Shown piece by piece: positions 27,927-36,321 of a stretch of DNA of 64,000 bases. The position numbers and the translations under genes are program-made. Below the pieces are notes generated by a model. The model was not told the DNA's origin, did not search any database, and saw nothing but the letters and a program-made list of their open reading frames with translations. The DNA comes from the human T2T-CHM13v2.0 reference genome, Homo sapiens: assembly GCF_009914755.1 (NCBI RefSeq), contig NC_060938.1. The stretch is one strand, 5' to 3'. Each line of letters opens with the position of its first letter. The first letter of the stretch is position 1.

Positions 27927-30415
27927 GAGAGATGGAGAGAGAGACGGAGAGAGAGAGATGGAGAGAGAGACAGAGAGAGAGACGGAGACAGAGAGAGATG
28001 GAGACAGACAGAGACAGACAGGGAGAGAGATGGAGGAAGGGCAGGTTGGTGAAGAAGAACACAGACAATATTAAGTTCACTATCTTATGAGTGTGGTTCA
28101 TGGCACCCCAAAATAGTTATAATAGTAACATCAAAGATCACAGATCACCATAACAGATACAGTAAGAAAAAAAGTAGAAATGTGAGAATTACCAAAATGT
28201 AACACAGAGTTGCAAAGTGAGCACAGGCAGGTAGAAAAATGGTGCCAACAGAGTTCCTGGATGCCGAGTTGCCAGAAACGTTCAATTTATTAAAAATGTA
28301 TCTGTGAAGCACAGTAAAGCAAAGCACAATAAAACAAGATATCCCTGTATTTGTTTTTAAATATAAAAATAATTTGCTTTAATGCTGAACAAAAATGTCC
28401 CATGTAAAAAATTCATGTGCTATCTGTTCCCAAACTCAGTTTCCACACCTAATTACAGTAAATAGAAAGGAGAGAAAAACCAAACTTTCAAGATGGAAAG
28501 GAGAACCCAGGACAGCCTCAAACCCAACACTTAGAATGGTATTTCTGCATGCCCAATCTACAGCAAACTTTCAGACTTAAGAAGGAAGAGAGAATGGATA
28601 AAACGTTACAGAAGACAGTATTACATTTTAAAAATTGGTAAGATAGTAGAATGTTTAGATCTGGAAGGACTTTAAATTAATCTTTTTTCCTTACATTCAG
28701 ATAAGCTTTAATGTGTACTAAATTCTATCCCAAAATCTCTATTCTTTGTGACCCTACTGTACCCTACGCAGATTTTTGTTGACTCAATACTCCACTGCAC
28801 TTAATTTGTTTTTTAGTCTCAGCTAGACCTGAAACAACTTTAGGAAAGGGATAGTGTCTTCTTGCTTACTTTTATTTTTCCTACCAACTAGAATACTAAT
28901 AATCATTCAAATGTTTATTGAATGAATTAATGGATAAGCAAATGAATTAATATAATTAGTTGCTTATATTTTACCCCCCACACTAGCCTATAGCTTTAAA
29001 GTTGTGGTGACTACAATGTCTAGTCACTTAACCTCACCGGGCAGATTTGCTCAACTAATAAGATTTTGAATGAGAAAGTGCTTAAAAATTCTAAAAGTGC
29101 TTCTCTAATATTTGTTACTATTGTGTTCAAAGACTGTTAGCTACCAAATGAAGGTTTCATAGTCAACAGAGGAGGCTGAATCCCAGACAATTACAACTGA
29201 GGCCCGGGCTACTCCAAGTGTGATCTTTGGAGTATCTGACTCAGCAAACAAACAAGAATCACCTCAACCCAAAACCCTAACCCAAATAGCCATCATTACT
29301 ACTTCCTTCCAATCTCCATCTCCACACCCTCCAATAATGATGAATTCTTAAAGCTTGAATACATGTTTTAATTGTAAATTTGGGTTATTTCTGCATGTAA
29401 TTTTACAGTTATTTTATTTCACCCTTGTGAGTTGGAGTTAAGCTCTGAAAAGGTCTTATTTTGATGTCTTTCCATAAGATTGTATTCCTTTTTTGGCAAG
29501 AGAACAGATCTGGAGTTGAGCTCCTGCCCTCTACCAAACTGTGAAATTTGAGACAAGTCACTTGTCCCCCATGCCAACCCCTGGGGCCTCACTTTTCTTA
29601 TTCAAAAAGATCAAAGATTTTGTCCTAACTCATGAAATCATGAGCATTACATGTAAAATTACCTTAGAAACTATAAAATATTCATTTCAAATGCATCAAG
29701 ATGTTATTAGCTATATTTTATGAGCTCAGCACTCCTTGATGGTCCTGAAGAGACCAAAGGGGCTGAGGCCAAAGGGAGAATTCTCCTTAAATCTCTTGGA
29801 AACAATCTGACAGACCTTAGAATTGTGTAGTAAGATGAGGACATAAAGGAACAGAGGGTCAAGGTAGTATCTTAGCTCCTTTCTCCCAAAGTGTTGATAC
29901 TGGTTAAGATACACAAAAGGGAAAACCCACCTAAGAAACTGCCAGGAATTCTTTTTTTTTTTTTTCATTTTGTTTTAATGCTAACTTAATAATCATGTCT
30001 TAGTGTAACTAAGCTTTTCTTCATCAAGAACATTATAAGCTCATTGATGCACAGGCTAAATCTTTATGCTTATTTGGTGCTTTTTAATCTGTCTAGCACA
30101 GAATAGGGCACAACACAGGTCTTCAGTGTGCCTTTGCTGAATTGAAATACAAAAAAATAGCACATCTTTCAATACTTGAAGCTCATTTTTATAAAGTATA
30201 TGTGTGTAGTAGGGAATTCTAAAAACTATTTTTTGCTGGTACTAGTTTATTTAATCAAGAGGAAATATCTTCATAAAGTCAAACAACCAGAAAGGACAGT
30301 GCAAATGGCCCTCAAAGCTTGAGCTTAGCAACTGCTCCCCTGTTCTTAGTCTTGCCACTGTGTGGAATTTAGGACTTATATATGCAGATAGTTTGTTACT
30401 TGCAAACCATTAGAC

Positions 30416-30630
30416 CAAGCTTGTCCTACCCACAGCACACAGGGCGCATGCAGCCCAGGACAGCTTTGAGTGTGGCCCAACACAAATTTGTAAACTTTCT
30501 TAAAACATTGAGTTTTTGCAATGTTTTTTCGTCTCATAAGCTATTGTTAGTGTTAGTGTTTTTTATGTGTGGCCCAAGACAATTCTTCTTCCACTGTGGC
30601 CCAGGGAAGCCAAAAGATTGAACACCTCTG
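30416..30630. mobile_element. MER30 hAT-Charlie MITE
   Basis: MER30 motifs with a perfect 8-bp TSD cattagac (30408-30415 / 30631-30638). Confidence 0.9.
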
Positions 30631-30839
30631 CATTAGACCCTTTTAATACTATTATAGGTAATATATTTTACAACATAAAAAAATCATCTGTGTACCAGTC
30701 AGAAATGAAGGTTTTGTATGAAACATTTTCATTCTTCAGTATCAACAGCCCAAGATTCTCCTGACTTCATTTCTCCAGCCCTGGCCCCTCACCTCACCAT
30801 CTCTTAGCTGGCCCCAGATATGGCCCAGGTGTTTTAATC

Positions 30840-31335
30840 TTCTGGGTGATCTGATCCAGCCTCTTGACTTTAAATGGCATCTATATGATGATAATTTTCA
30901 GTTTAAGCCTCCCTTCAGAATTCCAGTTTCTCAAATCCATCTGGCTATTCAACCTTTCCACTTTGATATTTAAGAGACACTTTGGGTTCAGAAGAGCTAA
31001 AACAGAACTTTGGATTCCCCAAACTTGCATGTCCTCCAAATTTTCTCATCTCTTAAATTTGATTCAGGTGTACAAACTCCACATTTGTCATCATTCTTGG
31101 GCCCCTGTCCCAACTCTCTTCCCTACACCCAGTCAAGAAGTCCTGTTGACTCTGCCTCGATAACAAATTGCTCACACATTTCCTTTGCTCCAGCTACCCA
31201 TGCTGTAGTGTAAGTCACCATCATTTCTTGCTTGAATTCTGCAACGGCTTCCCAATTGATCTCCCCAATTCTACTTTTGCTTCCCAAAAGTCCATTCTCC
31301 ATACCGAAGCCAAAGTAATCTTTAAGAAGTATACA
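30840..31335 (+). mobile_element. L2 fragment
   Basis: ctttaaatggcatctatatgatgataatt…tccattctccataccgaagccaaagtaatcttt resembles L2. Confidence 0.6.
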
Positions 31336-31890
31336 TCTAAACAAAACACTTCTTCACAGCAAAGAAATCAATACAATGAAAAGGTAGCCCACAGGTTGAG
31401 GAAAACATATTTGCAAACCATATATCTAGTAAGGGGCTAACTTCCAAAATTTATAAACAACTCATACAGCTCAATAACAAGAAAACTTATAACCCGATTT
31501 TAAAAATAGACAAAGTAACCCGAATAGACATTCCTCTAAAGGAGACAAAAGTGGCCAACATGTATGTGAAAAGATGCTTAGCATAACTAATCACCAGGGA
31601 CATGCCAATAAAAATCACCATGAGATATCACCTCATACATGGTAGGGTAGGTATTATCAAAAAGACAAGGGACAACATGTGTCGATGAGAGTGTGGAGAA
31701 AAGGGAAGCGTTGTACACTGTGGGTGGGAATTTGGATTGGTCCAGCCATTACAGAAAACAGTATGGAAGTTCCTAAATTAAAAATGGAATTGCCATATAA
31801 CCCAGCAATGCCTTTTCTGAGTATATACCCAAGGGAAAGGAAATTACCATCTTGTAGAGGTATCTGCACTCCATGTTCATTGCAGCATTA
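31336..31890 (+). mobile_element. L1M ORF2 3' fragment
   Basis: cttcttcacagcaaagaaa…atatttgcaaaccatatatc…ccatgttcattgcagcatta. Confidence 0.85.
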
Positions 31891-34303
31891 CTGTACCGTA
31901 TTATGAAATGGGTTCCTTCACCCCTTTTCTGAGCACCCTCCATGTCTACAGAAGAAGTTATGAGGAACAAAGGTATATGCAGGGCTCGTTTTGTAATGCT
32001 GACAACAGCAATCCTCACATCCAGACTTCCATGTCCATGTACAGGGTTCTCTACTTTCGTTCTAAGTCAAACTGTGATTCAGAAATGAGCCATCCATTCT
32101 CCCAGAATTCCTCCATTCACCCCACAGACACAAAAATCAAATCTATGAAAATGTTTTTGTATATTTCATAGGAGAAACAGATGTGGAGGCTTAACTCATG
32201 TATCCAATGCCAAAAGTCTTCAAAATCTTCATTAGGTATTTGTTATGCCAACTTCTTTCTCAGCCCTCCCGGTTTGTAACTTTTTAAATCTTTACCCAGT
32301 GTTGCACGAAGACTGTTGAGATGGTTCCCTCTGCCTTCCTCTCTCTAGGATTCTCCCTGGGAAGTTTAAAATATATAATGTTATGTAAAGTAACTCACTG
32401 GGGCCTTCCTCTTGGGCCTCACCTCTATACACTGAAGACAATGCTTTCTAGCAAGGAGGACCCATGCTTCCAGAGAGGAGGGTTTGCAACTGGAGTAACT
32501 TGAGTATGTCTTTGGGATTCTTGAGCTCAACCCAAAGCAGTTCAGAAACATTTCTTTGAAACAAGTTCCCAAGATGAATTCTAACAACTGTAATATCGCA
32601 TTTGGCATTTTAAAAATTTTGATTTTACATTTAGACAGAGCTATTAGGACATGGTGGGATAAAAATGGTAGTATCGAAATATACTGTTTCAAATCAAATT
32701 ATTGTATTATTTGTTCTCAATGACAGACATAACCCAAACACATTCTTAGTACCCAGAATAAAGGCACAGCCATGAAATCAGGCAGTTATTAATAAAAACC
32801 TAGTGTAGATAGCTAATGAAAGATGAAAATGAAGCTGTGACATGATTATGAACTGCTATTAGCAAGCAATGTCATTTTGTATCTTAGAGACCAAACAAGG
32901 TTTGTGTATGTGAACTAATGGTTGACTTATATGGTAAAGATATACATGCATTATATTCAGGCTATGTTGGCTTCATTTGAAACTACAGCTTCCATGGGTT
33001 TAAAAAATACACATATGATTTGCAAAGTGACAACCCTAAATTTTCGTATATTCAATTGTTCAAACCAGTGATTTCTAGAATGTAAGTGGTGTCCTACTTG
33101 TAAGAGTTTTAAAACAGGCAATTTTGGAATAGGTAAATTACTCAGTAGAAGCCTTAGAGAACCCAAATTGCTGATGTATCTTTTTCGAAATGCCTCTCAT
33201 TATCCAGGAGAATGTGTGTATTGGAAGTATCTTATTCTTTAAGTCTCACACTTAGACCGGTTATGTTTCCTACTTTTAAAAATTGTAGAACTTTATTCTA
33301 CAGATGTCATTTGATGCCTTTTGAGACCGACCATATATGCATTTATACAATCTTAATTCAATGTTAAAAGTATAATTAGTCCAAAAAAATCAACTAAATG
33401 GCAACAAGGGTTTTTCTTTTTCTATATTATTAATTTTTTTTTCCTCCATCTAAAACTTTCCAGCTGCTCTTTGTGAAGTTCCCAGAATAATGATTAACAT
33501 TATTAAACCAGAGACTAAAAATCTTGGTACGGACTGACCCATGGGGACACATTGCTATAATTATTTTAAAGTAAAATAATAAAAGGGGCGTCCCATAGCG
33601 GGCAAAAGTTGGACTCATCCTCAAAATTTACTCTATTTGTCAAAGTCCCCTAAAAGAGTTCTTAGGAGTGGTTGGAATTGGTTGTCAGAACCAGGTGCTC
33701 TCAAGTGTCTTGCCTTTGTGGTTCGCCTACCTGGGTTTCCCAGTCCTTGGTTGAACATTAATGTTCTCAACGAGATATAATACTGAATATAACTCTTGTG
33801 ATCTCTTCCAGTGGAGGCTGAGGCCATTTCTAAAAATTCCTTCCCTCTGTTTCTTCTACAGTATCTTCCTCTCCGTGTGCATACATGTGAGAGGCATAGT
33901 TTTCCCCAACGTACTTCAGATAAACCTTATTGGCATAGTTTTCCTCAAAGCACTTCCAATAAACTTTATTCCTTTCATGATTGTCCTGTAGTTTACAGAC
34001 ACTGATATTGTACTCTTTGGAGTGGAGAGGGGTTTTGCCATTCTTACAAAAAAAAAATTGGCTATTCCTCCATTTATCAGGCTCATTTTATTAACATTCT
34101 ACTGTCATCATTGTGCTCTGTCACTTTGACTAAGCCCAAGAACCCTCCCACAGAGCAATGTTAATTATAACCCCTCTATGCCCGTAAAATATGCCATCTA
34201 AAGGCTTTGAATAAATTTGGGATAAATTTCCTGAAGCAGAACTCATGAACCCATATGTATTTTGATTCCAATTCCTGTCAATACAGGTTCTAGTTCAACT
34301 CCC

Positions 34304-34304
<1 letters not shown>

Positions 34305-34354
<50 letters not shown>
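34305..34354. repeat. (AC)25 microsatellite
   Basis: Read directly from the sequence. Confidence 0.97.
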
Positions 34355-34356
<2 letters not shown>

Positions 34357-35612
34357 CTCACATGCTTTCCTTCTAATTGGCAAGAAGCCTTCAGATGTCC
34401 TTCACCCCTACTGGAAAGGCATGAAACAAAACCCAGTACCTTCCTCCTACCCCTAAACTGGTTTTGTCTTGCTGCCCCTAATCCTAGCTTGCTGTTCTGT
34501 TTTTCTATTTTCCCCTAAATGCAACTTACTTTAAGCATGTGTTAACTGGATTAACATTCCTACAATTGAAGGATAGTATATGATAACCCATTTGTCAGTC
34601 TAGCTACTTTCTTCTCTTTTAAATGTCTACTTACGACGTACATCCAGACTGCACGCCCTTTTTATTTTTTCAAAGCAAAGCCAAAAAATAAAGAAAACGT
34701 AAAATTAGTTTTTAAAGAAAATGCACAATCTGTTTTTAATTTTGGCTATCACGAAAAGGGGAATTAACCAGCCAAAAAAGCAAAGCAAAAAAAACGTGTC
34801 CCCTGACTGCTCTGTCTGTGCCTTTCAAGCCTGTGCGTCTGGTTGTTCATCTCTGAAAGTGTGTGAAATACTTTTTTCTTTAAACTTTTTGTTTTTTTCT
34901 CCCTTCTTGTTTGGGAATTAAGTGCTTTTTATATTATATATATCTATATATATATATCAATGTGTTTCTTTTAATTGCTAGATCTTTATCTTAGATTTGA
35001 TTTTATCTAAAATTATGAGAAAAAAAGTTATGAATTGTTTTCTGCAGTTTTTCCCCACTCCCTCTTTAAATGTGGAACAACTTCAGCTGCAGAATCCTCA
35101 CATCCACATCTTTCAAATTAGCCTGGTCTCATTGCCAATTGCGTGCAACATGGGTGGCATAAGGAAGATGGATGATGTCGTTTGGAAAATGCCATTTCTC
35201 TATAGAGAAGTAATTAGCAACCCAGTGCGTGGGCCCCCTGCTTAGTAGTGCGTCTCAATCACCTCTGTAGATTTCTGAACCTCCCCCACTCTAGATGGGG
35301 CTGTGTGGCTGCCGATGAAGTTGTTCAACTTGAATGCATAAATCTAGTCTTCTTGTTTTTGCTTTAAACTTTTTGATCATGACTACTAGTATTTTATGTA
35401 TTTTGGCTATTTTTAGTAGGAAAAAGTTTAACTGTTTTTATTATTTGAAAATCTTTAATGAAACTGTAATAATTTTTGGAGTAATTGCATGTTGAAGAAG
35501 TTGCAGCTTAGGGTGTGTGAGATTGTCAGTGTTAGAGTTCTGTTCTTTATTTCCATAGATGGGCATGTGTAGGCTCATTTGTTTTTGTATATTGCCCATC
35601 CCTTCCTTACAG

Positions 35613-35722
35613 CCAGAAGCTCTAATGCAGCTAGATCACTCCGTGCCGCCCTTACATGGACATGGCGACTCACTTACACATTTACTCCTATCATCTTCAT
35701 CTCCTGTGTAGTTCACTCATAG
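35613..35722 (+). CDS. NRXN3: NRXN3 alternative SS5/AS5 exon coding part (exon 24 in mouse numbering): ARSSNAARSLRAALTWTWRLTYTFTPIIFISCVVHS*, TM-less/GPI-anchored isoform tail
   Basis: The acceptor tgcccatcccttccttacAG has its AG at 35611-35612. Manual translation with a phase-1 G gives the recognisable NRXN3 alternative C-terminus, with TAG at 35720-35722. It is too short for the ORF track. Confidence 0.92.
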
Positions 35723-36143
35723 ATATGAACCTCCCCTTCCTGCATCTTTCCTTCCCATTCTCCCCCTTTCTTTAGCATTGTTAAAATTTATGTGCTGTCA
35801 TCCATCTCCCTAAATTAAAGAAAGCCTAAAATTTGTCAAAAAGACAAAAAAATATATATATCTGAAAACTTATAAATGCAGAAATTCATTCAAAACCCGT
35901 TAGAGTCATAGAATTTTTTGAAAGGCAAATTATAAAAGTAAACAGGTTTTTTTGTTTGGTTTTTCAATCATAGCAATCGGAATTATTTTAAATTCAAAAA
36001 TTGATGCCCTCCCAAACCCCCCAAAGTAAAAATTTGTTAAAGTGCAGATTTTTTTTTTCTTTTTATGTTATGTGGTGTGGATGTATGTGTTGTTGCCTCC
36101 CTGTATCATCCTCTGTTGTAAATTATTATATTTGAAAAATTAG

Positions 36144-36166
36144 ACATTTTGCTCAAAAGTTTTTAA
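36144..36166 (+). CDS. NRXN3: NRXN3 SS5 internal acceptor encoding DILLKSF* (secreted isoform tail)
   Basis: tAG at 36141-36143 is followed by (G)AC ATT TTG CTC AAA AGT TTT TAA. The peptide matches a recalled secreted neurexin-3 C-terminus. The local pyrimidine tract is weak. Confidence 0.75.
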
Positions 36167-36288
36167 GAAATGACAACAAAAAAAGCAAGTTACAAGAATG
36201 TGGCAATTCTATTTGTCCAAGAGCATTCTTACACAACTTTCTTTTGTAAATTTTTCTTTCATGCCAAAAAACATGCGGGCAATTTGTT

Positions 36289-36321
36289 GATGTAAGTTGA
36301 CTATAAATTAATACGGTATGC
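36289..36321 (+). promoter_or_regulatory. Candidate tandem 5' splice donors closing the AS5 exon
   Basis: GAT|GTAAGT (GT at 36292-36293) and ACG|GTATGC (GT at 36316-36317) lie 24 nt apart, downstream of both AS5 stop codons. Confidence 0.6.

Larger units (their letters stand above)
25281..28347 (-). mobile_element. Near full-length degenerate Tigger1 DNA transposon (pogo-like transposase remnants)
   Basis: The 5' TIR end …aataaaacaagatatccctg|TA is at 28347, and the damaged 3' TIR follows TA at 25279-25280. ORF fragments [14 protein letters not shown]…[10 protein letters not shown] (26928-27251) and [16 protein letters not shown] (26435-26671) are Tigger transposase-like. Confidence 0.9.

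Noticed and set aside
27445-28101. 218-aa LSPR-repeat ORF (minus) and 136-aa DGDGER-repeat ORF (plus)
   Set aside because: They are open only because the 18-bp stop-free VNTR sits inside a dead Tigger1.
35720-35728. Stop-codon readthrough of the AS5 exon
   Set aside because: TAG is followed by ATA TGA, so there is no readthrough motif and an immediate second stop.
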